A DNA stretch of 64,000 nucleotides from Polaromonas sp. Its GTDB lineage: Bacteria; Pseudomonadota; Gammaproteobacteria; Burkholderiales; Burkholderiaceae_C. The DNA lies in contig JBCKMZ010000001.1 in assembly GCA_038902975.1 (NCBI GenBank), positions 14,592 through 78,591 on the forward strand, written 5' to 3'. Under the pieces are notes generated by a model, which was not told the origin of the DNA, did no database searches, and saw nothing but the letters and a program-made list of their open reading frames with translations. Shown piece by piece: positions 1 through 10,474 of the stretch. Numbering within the stretch: the first letter of the stretch is position 1; each line of letters starts with the position of its first letter. A program made the translations under genes and the position numbers.

Positions 1-11
1 TAGAAGTGCCC
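1..11. repeat. Right terminus of another copy of the ~142-bp palindromic element (cut by window edge)
   Basis: tagaagtgccc is identical to the end of the copy at 56006-56148 and abuts the purF stop codon. Confidence 0.6.
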
Positions 12-1529
12 TCAAGCCTCTTGTGGATTCGGCAAAGCTAGTCGCGACACGTCCAGCTCGCCTTCTTCACTGCTGTCGCCACGTTGCTGGTTCATTTTGG
101 CAATCGTGGCTGCCGTGATGTCGCCGGTGATGTAAATACCATCAAAACACGACGCATCAAAACCGTCGAGCTTGGGGTTGAGCGAACCAATGGCGCGCTT
201 CATGTCTTCAACGTCCTGATAAATAAGCGCGTCGCAGCCAATCACCTGACGAATTTCTTCAATCGTGCGGCCATGCGCCACCAGCTCTTCGGGGGTCGGC
301 ATGTCTATGCCGTACACATTGGGAAAGCGCACCGGCGGCGCGGCGCTGGCAAAATAAACTTTTTTGGCACCGGCATCGCGCGCCATCTGCACAATCTCGC
401 AGCTGGTGGTGCCGCGCACGATGGAGTCATCCACCAGCAACACGTTGCGGCCCTTGAATTCGCTGGCAATCACATTGAGCTTTTGGCGCACGGATTTTTT
501 GCGCACGCCCTGCCCCGGCATGATGAAGGTACGGCCCACGTAGCGGTTTTTGACAAAGCCTTCGCGGTAGGGAATACCCAGCAGATGCGCCAGCTGCGTC
601 GCGCTAGGGCGGCTTGATTCAGGGATCGGAATGATCACGTCAATCTCATTGGGCGGCACGGTCGATACAACGCGCTTGGCCAGTGTCTCACCCAGATTCA
701 AACGCGCCTGGTAGACCGAAATGCCATCGAGCACCGAGTCAGGCCGTGCCAGGTACACAAACTCAAAAATGCATGGATTTAATTTGGCGTTGGCCGCGCA
801 CTGCTCGGCGTGTACCTTACCGTCCAGATCGACAAACACCGCTTCGCCCGGTGCAATGTCACGCTCAAACTGCTGCGACGTCCCTTCGAGTGCAACCGAC
901 TCACTGGCGAGCATCACGGTTTTTCCGAACTCGTTTTCGCCATGGCCCATGCACAATGGCCGGATACCGAAGGGGTCACGAAACGCCAGCAAACCATGGC
1001 CTGCAATCAGCGCCACCACGGCGTAAGAGCCCTTGATGCGTTTGTGTACGCCGCGCACTGCGGCAAACACGGCACCTGGCGTGAGCGGCAAACCGCGCGT
1101 GGTTTTTTCAAGCTCGTGCGCCAGCACATTGAGCAGCACTTCGGAGTCACTATCAGTATTGATGTGTCGATGATCGGTCATGAACAGCTCGGTTTTCAGT
1201 TCAGCCGCATTCGTCAGATTGCCGTTGTGCGACAGCACCAGGCCAAACGGCGCGTTGACGTAAAACGGCTGGGCCTCGTCGTCACTGAAGGCATTGCCCG
1301 CCGTCGGGTAACGCACCTGGCCCAGACCGACATTGCCCGGCAGTGCGAGCATGTTGCGGGTACGAAAAACATCGCGCACCATGCCCTTGGCCTTGTGCAT
1401 GTAAAACTTACGCCCAAGCTGCGTGACGATGCCCGCCGCATCCTGGCCGCGATGCTGCAAGAGCAGCAAGCCGTCATAGATCAACTGGTTGACCGGGGCC
1501 TGGCTGACAACGCCGACTATTCCACACAT
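12..1529 (-). CDS. purF: Amidophosphoribosyltransferase
   Basis: MCGIVG Ntn N-terminus, QHRGQDAAG, PRT motif VLLVDDSIVRGTT; folC-dedD-cvpA-purF order. Confidence 0.98.
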   Translation of the reverse strand: MCGIVGVVSQAPVNQLIYDGLLLLQHRGQDAAGIVTQLGRKFYMHKAKGMVRDVFRTRNMLALPGNVGLGQVRYPTAGNAFSDDEAQPFYVNAPFGLVLSHNGNLTNAAELKTELFMTDHRHINTDSDSEVLLNVLAHELEKTTRGLPLTPGAVFAAVRGVHKRIKGSYAVVALIAGHGLLAFRDPFGIRPLCMGHGENEFGKTVMLASESVALEGTSQQFERDIAPGEAVFVDLDGKVHAEQCAANAKLNPCIFEFVYLARPDSVLDGISVYQARLNLGETLAKRVVSTVPPNEIDVIIPIPESSRPSATQLAHLLGIPYREGFVKNRYVGRTFIMPGQGVRKKSVRQKLNVIASEFKGRNVLLVDDSIVRGTTSCEIVQMARDAGAKKVYFASAAPPVRFPNVYGIDMPTPEELVAHGRTIEEIRQVIGCDALIYQDVEDMKRAIGSLNPKLDGFDASCFDGIYITGDITAATIAKMNQQRGDSSEEGELDVSRLALPNPQEA

Positions 1530-1545
1530 AAATTGATATCCATGA

Positions 1546-2031
1546 TTAGTTCAAATACTTTGCAAACTGTTCGGGTAGCACCGGCTTCAAGCCTTTAAGC
1601 GTGGCCGCTAGTGCCAGCGCACCTTTTGACTCCTGCCACCAGGCGCTTTGTTTGAGCGCCGTCATGTCCATCACCACCGCTGCTGCCAGCAACAGAATCA
1701 CACCGCGCACCAGGCCAAATGCGGCTCCGAGCGTGCGGTCAATGGGCCGCAGGCCAATCGCTTGAATCAGCTTTTTAAGCATGAAAGCCAGCAGGCCTGC
1801 TGTAAATACTGATGCAATAAAAACCAACACAAAACCCGCCGCATAACGCACCGGTTCGCTCACCTCCTGCATCGGCAACAGACTGGCTAGCTGCGGCGCA
1901 AAAACCTGCGCGATGTAAAAAGAAGCCGCCCAGCCCAGCACCGACAACACCTCATACACCAACCCACGCCACGCACCCAGCAGCATAGACAACACCAGCA
2001 CCGCCAGCAAAATCCAGTCAACAGCGGCCAC
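1546..2031 (-). CDS. cvpA: CvpA family membrane protein
   Basis: DWILLAVL...GAWRGLVYE, DRTLGAAFGLVRG; directly upstream of purF. Confidence 0.93.
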   Translation of the reverse strand: MAAVDWILLAVLVLSMLLGAWRGLVYEVLSVLGWAASFYIAQVFAPQLASLLPMQEVSEPVRYAAGFVLVFIASVFTAGLLAFMLKKLIQAIGLRPIDRTLGAAFGLVRGVILLLAAAVVMDMTALKQSAWWQESKGALALAATLKGLKPVLPEQFAKYLN

Positions 2032-2044
2032 GTACTCTGCCTTA

Positions 2045-2186
2045 GGGCACTTCTAGAAATTCAGATTTTCGGGATGAAGTGCAAGGCGCACGGAGCACAG
2101 CAACCGGAATGTACTTGTGTACATGAGGATTGCGAGCACCGCGCAACGCAGCAATTCGCCTGAAAAATGAATTTATAGACGTGCCC
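2045..2186. repeat. 142-bp palindromic MITE/RPE1-like element, copy 1
   Basis: Terminal inverted repeats gggcacttctagaaattca...tgaatttatagacgtgccc; diverged reverse complement of the copies at 32323 and 56006. Confidence 0.85.
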
Positions 2187-2187
2187 A

Positions 2188-2988
2188 TTACAAGGTCAGG
2201 ATGGAAACCGGCAGATCAAGCGTCTTAATCTTGCTGGCAGCCGTGTCGGCCTCGGCCTTGGTAGCGAATGGGCCAACGCGAACCCGTATGCGCTTGCCGT
2301 CTTTGGTCTCGGCCACCTGGGTGTAGGTTTTAAAGCCCGCTTTTTCAAGCTTCAGGCGCACCTCTCTAGCTTTGTCTGCATCGGCAAACGCGCCCACCTG
2401 CACCACGATACGGCCTTCGACTGCGGCAGATGCGGGCGCTGCGGCGTTTGCAGCCGCCTGCCCGTCCAACAAAGCCTTGGCGCGCGCGCCATCGTCAAGT
2501 GGTGCTGTGGGTTTCGCTGCTGCTTTGGTTTCAGGTTTAGGCTCTGGCAAAACAGGGGCCACGGGTGCTAGCACCTTTTTATCCGTGAGGATTTCTTCTT
2601 TCGATGACAAACTGGAAGCTGCGGCAACTTTTTCGGACGGCGGTGCAAACGCTGGCACCGGCAATGCGGCAGCAACAGGCGGCGCAGCAACAGGCGCTGA
2701 AGCAGCCCCAACCGGGCCAGCAGACACATTGGCCTCGGATTTTGCTGGCATCACCAGCGGTTTGACGCTGTTTTTAGCAGGAATTTCAATCGGAATATCA
2801 ATGGCTATGGGCCGGGGCTGCGTATCAAACAGCAGGGGGAAACCCACCACGCCGACCAGCACCAGAACAGACGCACCTATCAGCCGATGTTTGGCTCGCT
2901 TGCGAATCACATCCACACTGTCAGGCGATGCGCTGGAAGCGTTGTTGGCAGCTAGAGTGCCGGACCGGCGAAAGTTGAAAAGCGGCAT
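2188..2988 (-). CDS. dedD: SPOR-domain cell division protein (DedD-like)
   Basis: RAKHRLIGA plus TM helix, Pro/Ala linker, C-terminal SPOR (VQVGAF...RVRVGPF); between folC and cvpA. Confidence 0.88.
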   Translation of the reverse strand: MPLFNFRRSGTLAANNASSASPDSVDVIRKRAKHRLIGASVLVLVGVVGFPLLFDTQPRPIAIDIPIEIPAKNSVKPLVMPAKSEANVSAGPVGAASAPVAAPPVAAALPVPAFAPPSEKVAAASSLSSKEEILTDKKVLAPVAPVLPEPKPETKAAAKPTAPLDDGARAKALLDGQAAANAAAPASAAVEGRIVVQVGAFADADKAREVRLKLEKAGFKTYTQVAETKDGKRIRVRVGPFATKAEADTAASKIKTLDLPVSILTL

Positions 2989-3041
2989 GGTTGTGATGAG
3001 CTCTTTTAGCGTTGCGGCGGCGGGTGGATGGCGATCTGGCC

Positions 3042-4379
3042 TCAGTTCGCTGGACTTGAAGGTAAATGCGGGGCCTGAAGACGCGGTATGCCGACCTTCA
3101 AAATACCGCCCACTGTGTAGAACGAACCGAACACCACGATTCTATCAGCGGGGTCTGCCCGCTCTATCGCGGCTTGCAGGGCCAACTCGGGGCTTGAATA
3201 AGCCTGGGCCGTGACATCTTTACGGCTATTGATGACCTCCCATTTACCCTTAAGCGCCTCGCCAGTGGCAGCACGCGGCGTGGGTAAATCGGTGAAATAC
3301 CAACTGTCGATCAGCGGTGTAATCCGCGCCAGCATGGACGCTACGTCTTTGTCGGCCATGGCACCAAACACCGCGTGAGTAGTAGGGAAAAAACCCATCG
3401 CGTCGAGGTTTTCTGTCAGCGCGGCGACTGAATGCGGGTTGTGCGCGACATCCAGCACCAGCATCGGCTGGCCGGGAATGATTTGAAAACGCCCCGGCAG
3501 CTCGACCCTAGACAAGCCCACGCGCACCGCCTGCGCCGTCACAGGCAACAAATCACGCACCGCTGTCAACGCCGCCAACACACCTGATGCGTTCATCAAT
3601 TGATTGGCACCACGCAGCGCCGGGTAGGCAAGGCCGGCATACCGTCTGCCCCGGCCTGCCCATGCCCACTGCTGCTTGTCGCCCGAAAAATTAAAGTCCT
3701 TGCCAAGGCGCCACAAATCGGCCCCTATGCTTGCAGCGTGGTCAATGATGCTTTGCGGCGGCATCGGGTCGCTCACCACCACGGGTTTGCCGGCGCGCAT
3801 GATGCCGGCTTTTTCAAACCCGATCAACTCACGCGTGTTGCCCAGATACTCCATGTGGTCAAGGTCAATGCTGGTGATGACAGCGCAATCGGCATCCAGA
3901 ATGTTCACCGCATCCAGCCGCCCGCCCAGACCGACCTCAAGAATCACCACATCAAGTTTTGCGCCCGCCAGCAGCTTCAAAATGGCCAGCGTGGTGAACT
4001 CAAAATAGGTCAACGAAATCTCTTGCCCAGCAAGCCGCGCAGTCTCAACCGCTGCAAAGCCATCGAGAAACCCGGCAGCAGTGACCACATCACCGCGCAC
4101 CCGGCAGCGCTCCTCAAAATGCACCAGATGCGGCGAGGTGTAAAGGCCAGTGCGGTAACCCGCCTCGAGCAAAATCGCCTCCAGCATGGCGCAAGTAGAG
4201 CCCTTGCCGTTGGTACCGGCCACCGTAATCACCGGGCAATCAAAGTGAAGCCCGATGCGCTCAGCCACCGCCTTGACGCGGTGCAGCCCCATGTCAATGC
4301 CCACAGGGTGCAGCCGCTCGCAATGCGCCAGGCAGTCATTAAGGGTGTCAAGTTTGGCTGGAGATTGCAGATTTTTCAT
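3042..4379 (-). CDS. folC: Folylpolyglutamate/dihydrofolate synthase
   Basis: VAGTNGKGST, EVGLGGRLDAVN, LDVAHNP; start taken at ATG 4379. Confidence 0.97.
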   Translation of the reverse strand: MKNLQSPAKLDTLNDCLAHCERLHPVGIDMGLHRVKAVAERIGLHFDCPVITVAGTNGKGSTCAMLEAILLEAGYRTGLYTSPHLVHFEERCRVRGDVVTAAGFLDGFAAVETARLAGQEISLTYFEFTTLAILKLLAGAKLDVVILEVGLGGRLDAVNILDADCAVITSIDLDHMEYLGNTRELIGFEKAGIMRAGKPVVVSDPMPPQSIIDHAASIGADLWRLGKDFNFSGDKQQWAWAGRGRRYAGLAYPALRGANQLMNASGVLAALTAVRDLLPVTAQAVRVGLSRVELPGRFQIIPGQPMLVLDVAHNPHSVAALTENLDAMGFFPTTHAVFGAMADKDVASMLARITPLIDSWYFTDLPTPRAATGEALKGKWEVINSRKDVTAQAYSSPELALQAAIERADPADRIVVFGSFYTVGGILKVGIPRLQAPHLPSSPAN

Positions 4380-4498
4380 ACTGCCGCTATTGTCGTCGCA
4401 GGCGTTGGATTCTATTTCAGGTCTCAATCCGTTTTGAGCATCTGAAATGTCGATTTTTTAGGTGCTTTTAGGGCTGAGTGCAGTGCAGAGTGCAGTGC

Positions 4499-4558
4499 TT
4501 GACACCCCCTCCCGCCAGGAATAGCCTCCCTGAGTCCGCAGTGCGTTCTCAGGGAGGC
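4499..4558 (+). promoter_or_regulatory. Putative sigma70 promoter with an overlapping 11-bp perfect inverted repeat
   Basis: TTGACA (4499-4504), 17-nt spacer, TAGCCT (4522-4527); gcctccctgag (4524-4534) pairs with ctcagggaggc (4548-4558). Confidence 0.55.
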
Positions 4559-4599
4559 CCCTGGGGAGGATGCCGTGTACATAAGAAGGAGAAATTACC

Positions 4600-5613
4600 A
4601 TGAAAAGAGGAAAGAAAGCCTTATTGGCTTGGTCTGGCGTGGCATTGGCGGCAGCGTTGACGGCTTGTGGTGGTGGTGGCGGAGGGGCACCGTCCGCTCC
4701 GGTTGCCACATCGGCAGCTTTAACCGTCTCCAATCAAACCGTGGTGGCGCAAGATACCATGGCAGTGGTATTTTTCCCGCTGTCGAGTAGTGAATTTCTG
4801 ACGGGCGCGCAAACGACTGACGAGAGCGTTGTGTTCAAGATTGCACGCGGGTATCTAAGCAAACTGCCGACCTACCTGGCGGATGCCAAGGCCAAGCCCA
4901 CCTTGACCGGTGCGGTAACGAGTGAAACCTATCCCTGCAGTGGCGGCGGCTCGGTTACTGGGATATTCAATGATTTGGACAATAACAATGTTCCTTCATC
5001 CGGCGATAGTCTCATCCTAACTATGAGCAATTGTTCCGAGGCAGAAGGCGTCATCAACGGCTCGCTGGGAATCGTAGTCAATAGCCACGTCGGCACCTTT
5101 GGCACGCTCCCTTACGGGCTGAATGCCACTTTGACATTTGGAAATTTCACAGTGGCAAGCGCCCAGATCAGCGCCAATATCAATGGCGACTTGACGCTGG
5201 CAGTAAATGTTACCGGCGCCAATGCCTCGACTGAATCGTATTCAACGCCGTCCTTGACCCTTGCCGGCAACTATGCGGGCGAGACGCGTAGCCGCAACTT
5301 GACCAATTACAGTGCGACCGTTGTGCGCGCGCCTAATGCCACATACGGTTACCTGACCAGTATTTCCAGCAGTGGAACTTTAACCAGTAGCGCTTTGTCG
5401 TCCCAGTCGATTTCGTTTGCCACCTCGTCACCGTTTGTTAGCCGCGGCTCCGACTATTATCCGGCGACCGGTATCTTGGTGGTGTCTGGGGCGAACAACT
5501 CCAAACTGAAGTTGACCGCCTTGTCCAACACCCAAGTCCGTCAAGAATTGGACGCGAATGGTGATGGTATCTACGAAAGCAGCACCGTGGTTAATTGGAA
5601 CTCGTTGATTTGA
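4600..5613 (+). CDS. Ser/Thr/Gly-rich lipoprotein of unknown function
   Basis: RBS AAGGAG; lipobox LTA-C followed by GGGGGG; beta-strand-like S/T/N-rich body. Confidence 0.85.
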   Translation: MKRGKKALLAWSGVALAAALTACGGGGGGAPSAPVATSAALTVSNQTVVAQDTMAVVFFPLSSSEFLTGAQTTDESVVFKIARGYLSKLPTYLADAKAKPTLTGAVTSETYPCSGGGSVTGIFNDLDNNNVPSSGDSLILTMSNCSEAEGVINGSLGIVVNSHVGTFGTLPYGLNATLTFGNFTVASAQISANINGDLTLAVNVTGANASTESYSTPSLTLAGNYAGETRSRNLTNYSATVVRAPNATYGYLTSISSSGTLTSSALSSQSISFATSSPFVSRGSDYYPATGILVVSGANNSKLKLTALSNTQVRQELDANGDGIYESSTVVNWNSLI

Positions 5614-6443
5614 TGCCAATTCAGCCGCGCTGTTGCCGCAGATCGAATAGGGCGAGGCTGTTGGGTCTGTTGGTGGCGGCACTTCCGGTGGCCGCCACCG
5701 CAGATTGTGTGGATCGAGCAGTCTCGTGGCAAGTGGCCCACGTCAGTAACACGAGTCAGTGGGCTGAGCTTGATGTTTTGGGACGCAAGCTTGTTCGTGA
5801 GACGGGTACGCTGCCAGGGATGGAGTTTTCAGTCCGAGTGCGATGTGGTGACTGGAATTTGCAGGCACAGCTATCTCAGTTGGATGGCTCACGCTTTTAT
5901 GATGGGCAAACTTCTACCGGTGTGCCGGTCACTTCCCGGTCTGCGCTGCGGCAACTGCACGGGAATTTGCAGGCGACTTTGAACGTTGCCGAAGCCTGGC
6001 AGTTGGGAACCCGGTTGTCGAGCTACACACTTTGGCGTGAAATTGCTTCGGCTGGAGGTGCCTCAGGCTACCCAGAGCGCTATGACTGGACGATGCTGTC
6101 TGTAGGTGCGCAATGGAAGACTGGCTTAGGCCCTGGCCAATTACGATTGGCGGCCTGGTCGGGTATGAAATTGCGCTCAAGTATGTTGCTCAGTTTGCCG
6201 GGGCGCGATCAGACCGTCATGCAGCTTGGCAGGATGAATCAGCATGAGCTGGAGGCAGGGTGGCGTACCCAGTTGGGGTCAGGCTGGTATTTGCAGGGAG
6301 ACGTTCGCTACCGTAGCACGGACATGGGGCAGGGGGCGGATGCGATTATCAGACGGAGCGGTGTGCCTGTCGGTGTGGCGCATCAACCCCGAACGACGAT
6401 GGTGGATATCCCCGTCTCAATTGGCATTGGGTACGAGTTTTGA
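5613..6443 (+). CDS. Probable outer-membrane beta-barrel protein
   Basis: TGATG coupling to the lipoprotein, signal-peptide-like N-terminus, alternating strands, C-terminal IGIGYEF beta-signal. Confidence 0.7.
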   Translation: MPIQPRCCRRSNRARLLGLLVAALPVAATADCVDRAVSWQVAHVSNTSQWAELDVLGRKLVRETGTLPGMEFSVRVRCGDWNLQAQLSQLDGSRFYDGQTSTGVPVTSRSALRQLHGNLQATLNVAEAWQLGTRLSSYTLWREIASAGGASGYPERYDWTMLSVGAQWKTGLGPGQLRLAAWSGMKLRSSMLLSLPGRDQTVMQLGRMNQHELEAGWRTQLGSGWYLQGDVRYRSTDMGQGADAIIRRSGVPVGVAHQPRTTMVDIPVSIGIGYEF

Positions 6444-6557
6444 TCGCCACGATGGGCGCGAACGTGGTGGTTCTGGAGTGGCGGGTTGGAACTTAGGCAT
6501 CAAGTAAAAATAACAATCAATACGAGCGTGATCAGCTACTGAATTTATAGCAATTAC

Positions 6558-8276
6558 CTATGGCTTAGCGGTGTCTGCGTTCTCAGCCTCCTGCAACGCT
6601 CGCCACATTACCTTGCCCGAGCCGCTCTTGGGCAGCACATCCACAAACTCCACCACACGCGGGTATTTGTAGGCGGCCATGTTGTCTTTGCACCAGCTGA
6701 TGATGTCGTCTGCCGTGGTGTTTTTACAATCCGTCCGCAGCACGACCATTGCCTTGACGGTCTCGCCCCGGTACGCATCGCGGGTTGAAATAATGCAGGC
6801 CTCCTGAATCGCCGGGTGCTTGAACATCAGCGCCTCTACCTCGGCCGGCCAGACCTTGAAGCCGGACGCGTTGATCATGCGTTTGAGCCTGTCGGTGATG
6901 AAGAAGTAGCCGTCTTCATCGACACGGCCCAAATCGCCAGAGCGAAAAAACTGTTTGCCATCCAACTCCAAAAAGGCCTTTGCTGTGGCTTCGGGATTTT
7001 TCCAGTAACCAGAAAAGTTTTGCGGCCCGCACATGATGATTTCGCCCTGCTCGCCTTGCGGCATTTCCTCCAGGGTCAACGGATCGATCACGCGCGACTC
7101 GACGTTGAGAAAGGGCACGCCCAGGCACTGCTGCTTGGTGGCATCGGGCGGGTTGCTGTGCGAGGGTGCAGCGGTTTCCGTCAGGCCATAACCTTCGGCA
7201 AAACGCAGGCCGTACTGCTCCCATAGCCGCTGTGCGACGGACTGCGGCATGGCCGCGCCGCCGCCGCCGATGTACACTAGGCTGCTCAAGTCAAAATTGG
7301 CAAAGTTGGGGCTGGCCAGCAAGTCGATCACCATGGTCGGGATGTTGGCCCAGTGCGTCACGCGCCAATGTGAGATGAGGTGCCCGGCAAGCTCCCTGTC
7401 CCAGCGCGGCATGATGACCAGCGTTGCACCGCCATACATGGCCGCATGCATCACCGACACCATGCCGGTGATGTGGAACATGGGCACCACCGACAGCACC
7501 ACGTTTTCAAAAGTGCTGCCAGCCCACAGGCAACCGGCCACCGCGTTGTGCATGATGCTGGCATGGGTGTGGATGCAGCCCTTCGGCAGGCCGGTGGTGC
7601 CGCTGGTGTAAGGCAGTATGGCGATGTCTTGCGGCTCGGCGGTATGCAGCGGCAGGTGTTTGATGTCGCCTTGCAGCGCGTCAAGCCAGTCCATCACCAC
7701 GCCACTTTTTAACCTAGGGAGTGGGTGGCGCGTACACAGCCAATCGCCCCACGCCTCGGGCAACGCGCCACTGGCTTGACTGGCGGCTACATCAAAGGCA
7801 TCGTTGTAATGCACCGCAATCAGCGTTGAAAGTCTCTGTGCTTGGTCCAACTGCGCATCGGCTTTGGCAAGCTCTGCGGCCAAGTCGGCTGCCGCAATGG
7901 CGACATTGGTGTCGGGGTCAAGAATGTAATGCTTGAGTTCTTCAGCCCGGTTCATGGGGTTAACCGGCACCACCACCGCGTTGGCCCGCAAAATCGCAAA
8001 ATGCGCAATCACCCACTGCGGCGAGTTCTGCATGTAGAGCACCACGCGGTCACCTCTTTTAACGCCCGCTTTGGCCAGCGTCGCAGCCAGGCGTTCGGCC
8101 TGCTGCATCACCTCACGGTAAGTCAGCACCGCATCAAAAAACACCAGCGCGGGTTTATCCGGAAAGCGCAGTGCATTGACGACCAGGTTGTGCCACAGCG
8201 ATGTGGCCGGGGCCGTGATGCGGTGCGGCAGGCGGTTAGGCCAGAACTTGAAGTGCTCGGTATGGGAGGGGGTCAT
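6558..8276 (-). CDS. Long-chain fatty acid-CoA ligase
   Basis: YTSGTTGLPKG, EGYGLTE, RSGDLG, LPKSGSGK; start taken at ATG 8276. Confidence 0.93.
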   Translation of the reverse strand: MTPSHTEHFKFWPNRLPHRITAPATSLWHNLVVNALRFPDKPALVFFDAVLTYREVMQQAERLAATLAKAGVKRGDRVVLYMQNSPQWVIAHFAILRANAVVVPVNPMNRAEELKHYILDPDTNVAIAAADLAAELAKADAQLDQAQRLSTLIAVHYNDAFDVAASQASGALPEAWGDWLCTRHPLPRLKSGVVMDWLDALQGDIKHLPLHTAEPQDIAILPYTSGTTGLPKGCIHTHASIMHNAVAGCLWAGSTFENVVLSVVPMFHITGMVSVMHAAMYGGATLVIMPRWDRELAGHLISHWRVTHWANIPTMVIDLLASPNFANFDLSSLVYIGGGGAAMPQSVAQRLWEQYGLRFAEGYGLTETAAPSHSNPPDATKQQCLGVPFLNVESRVIDPLTLEEMPQGEQGEIIMCGPQNFSGYWKNPEATAKAFLELDGKQFFRSGDLGRVDEDGYFFITDRLKRMINASGFKVWPAEVEALMFKHPAIQEACIISTRDAYRGETVKAMVVLRTDCKNTTADDIISWCKDNMAAYKYPRVVEFVDVLPKSGSGKVMWRALQEAENADTAKP

Positions 8277-8287
8277 GACTAACGTGA

Positions 8288-9601
8288 CTAGCGTAAATTG
8301 CCGGTATGCCCCAGTGAATAGCGCCCCGGCTGTGGCCATACCGTCAGGCCGTGCGGTTCGCGCCCGACCTTGACCTTGTCAACAGCGCCACTGTCGGTGT
8401 TGAAGCGATATACCTCGTTATCGAAGCGCCCACCAAGCCACAGGTACTTGCCGTCTGCGCTGACGTTGCCCATATCCGGGCTGCCACCGCCCGGAACAGG
8501 CCAGGTTTTGGTCACGCCGCGAGTGGCAAAGTCAATCACCGACACGCTGCCTTTGCCGCCTGGTGTGCCACGGATTTTGTTGCTACCGCGATTCGCCACA
8601 TACAGGCTTTTACCGTCGCGGCTGGGGTACAAACCGTGGGCACCGACACCAGTGGCAATAAAACCAATCTGCTTGAACGATTCACCATCGACCAGATGCA
8701 CGCCATCGGCCATCATGTCGGCGACAAAAAACAGTTTGCCGTCGGGCGATATGCGCACGTCCTGCGGCATACCCGGCGTGGTGCAAATGTCAGCACCGGG
8801 CTTGCTCGGGTCTGGCACATACCTGGGTTTTTTGCCGGGTGTGGCAATCAGCAGCAGCGCATCAGGCCGGTCAAAATATTGACTCAGCTTGATGGTGTCC
8901 ATCACCTTACGGTTCACTAGGTCGATCTTGGTGATGGAGCCGTTGAACTCGCAGGTAAATAGGGCGAACCTGCCGTCGATTGAAAAATCGGTATGGTTGA
9001 TGCCTGCGCACTTGGGTGTCGGAATCGTAAACTTCATCGCCATGGTGACCGGGTCACGAAAGTCCAGGCGCTTGTGGGCCTCTGCCACCACGATGGCGTA
9101 CTGGCCATCGGGCGACCAGTACAGGTTGTAGGGGTCGTCTACCGGTATCGACTTGCCGGGTTTGCCGGTTTTGGGATCAATCGGGGTCAAGCTGCCGTCG
9201 GTACGGCCTTCTGCATTGTTGGTGACCCACAGGGTGCGCAAGTCCCAGCTTGGCACGATGTGCTGCGGGTGAATTCCGACCTTGAAGGTGTCAATCACTC
9301 TCAAGGTGTTGGGATCTATCACAGACACCGTGTTGGCACCCCGATTGGGTACATAGACCCGCTCCAGCGCGCCCGCAACAGCCGGGCTCATGCGGCCTGC
9401 CGCAATCTCGCTGTACAGATTATTCGGGTCCACCGCAGCAGGCATACCCGCCGCCATATCCACCGCTGCACTGCTTGCGGTCAGCGGCTTAGCTTCGGAT
9501 TTAATGGCTGGTTTTGCAGCAGTCTGTGCCAGCGTCAGCGACACGGCAGCAGCGCAGGTCAGGGCAGCCAGCACGGCCATGATTGAATAATTTTTACGCA
9601 T
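8288..9601 (-). CDS. YncE/YVTN-family beta-propeller periplasmic protein
   Basis: Signal peptide; repeats YVPNRGANTVSVID and LYVANRGSN...VSVID. Confidence 0.85.
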   Translation of the reverse strand: MRKNYSIMAVLAALTCAAAVSLTLAQTAAKPAIKSEAKPLTASSAAVDMAAGMPAAVDPNNLYSEIAAGRMSPAVAGALERVYVPNRGANTVSVIDPNTLRVIDTFKVGIHPQHIVPSWDLRTLWVTNNAEGRTDGSLTPIDPKTGKPGKSIPVDDPYNLYWSPDGQYAIVVAEAHKRLDFRDPVTMAMKFTIPTPKCAGINHTDFSIDGRFALFTCEFNGSITKIDLVNRKVMDTIKLSQYFDRPDALLLIATPGKKPRYVPDPSKPGADICTTPGMPQDVRISPDGKLFFVADMMADGVHLVDGESFKQIGFIATGVGAHGLYPSRDGKSLYVANRGSNKIRGTPGGKGSVSVIDFATRGVTKTWPVPGGGSPDMGNVSADGKYLWLGGRFDNEVYRFNTDSGAVDKVKVGREPHGLTVWPQPGRYSLGHTGNLR

Positions 9602-9786
9602 TGATTAATTTCTGAACTTTTGACTTTTTGACTGATGGATGACTCAAGGCTTGAACGCCCGCACTGAAGGCACGCGGGTCACCCAGCGTACCACCACGGC
9701 AGCCAGCGGGCGGGGGTTCAACATACGGACTCCGACATAATTCAGGGTTTCCAATCATCTCATCGGTATCAGTTACTCGTAAAAAA

Positions 9787-10434
9787 ATGTCAGCCCATTG
9801 CCACGACCCTCACGCCAGCCCCGGCGCAAGCGACCCACGCTACCGCAAAATTTTATGGATTGCGCTGGTTCTGAACGCTGCCATGTTTTTTGTCGAACTG
9901 GGTGCGGGTTTTAAATCGGGCTCGGTGTCGCTGCTGGCCGATGCAATTGACTTTTTTGGCGATGCTGCCAACTACGCGGTGACCCTGGCGGTATTGTCCA
10001 GCAGCCTGGCTTGGCGCGCATGGGCAGCGGTGCTCAAGGGTTTGAGCATGTTTGGTTTCGGCTTGTTCGTGCTGGGACGGGTAAGTTGGAGCGCGATGCA
10101 AGGGGTGATGCCTGAACCAGCCACCATGGGGGCGATTGGCTTGCTGGCACTGATTGTCAATGTATTAGTTGCGGCGCTGCTGTACGCCTACCGCGAAGGC
10201 GATGCCAATATGCGCAGCGTGTGGCTGTGCTCACGCAACGATGCGATTGGCAACATTGCCGTCATGCTGGCCGCATTGGCCGTGCTGGGCACGCACACCG
10301 CCTGGCCCGATTTGGCCGTGGCGCTGGTCATGGGACTACTGGCGATCAGCGGCGGCTGGTCGGTGCTCATGCATGCGCGACGCGAGATACGCAGTCTGGC
10401 GAATGCCCCGCGACTGCGTGTGGCAAAAGATTAG
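9787..10434 (+). CDS. CDF-family cation (Cd/Zn/Co) transporter, short type
   Basis: SLLADAIDFFGDAANY, DANMRSVWLCSRNDAIGN. Confidence 0.9.
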   Translation: MSAHCHDPHASPGASDPRYRKILWIALVLNAAMFFVELGAGFKSGSVSLLADAIDFFGDAANYAVTLAVLSSSLAWRAWAAVLKGLSMFGFGLFVLGRVSWSAMQGVMPEPATMGAIGLLALIVNVLVAALLYAYREGDANMRSVWLCSRNDAIGNIAVMLAALAVLGTHTAWPDLAVALVMGLLAISGGWSVLMHARREIRSLANAPRLRVAKD

Positions 10435-10474
10435 CGATAATTGAACTTTTACAAACTCGCCGTATCATTACCTT

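Noticed and set aside
9726-9755. MerR/CadR-type promoter for the CDF transporter
   Set aside because: Only a half-site-like ttcagggtttccaat is present; no good -35 or dyad and no merR gene, so too weak to call
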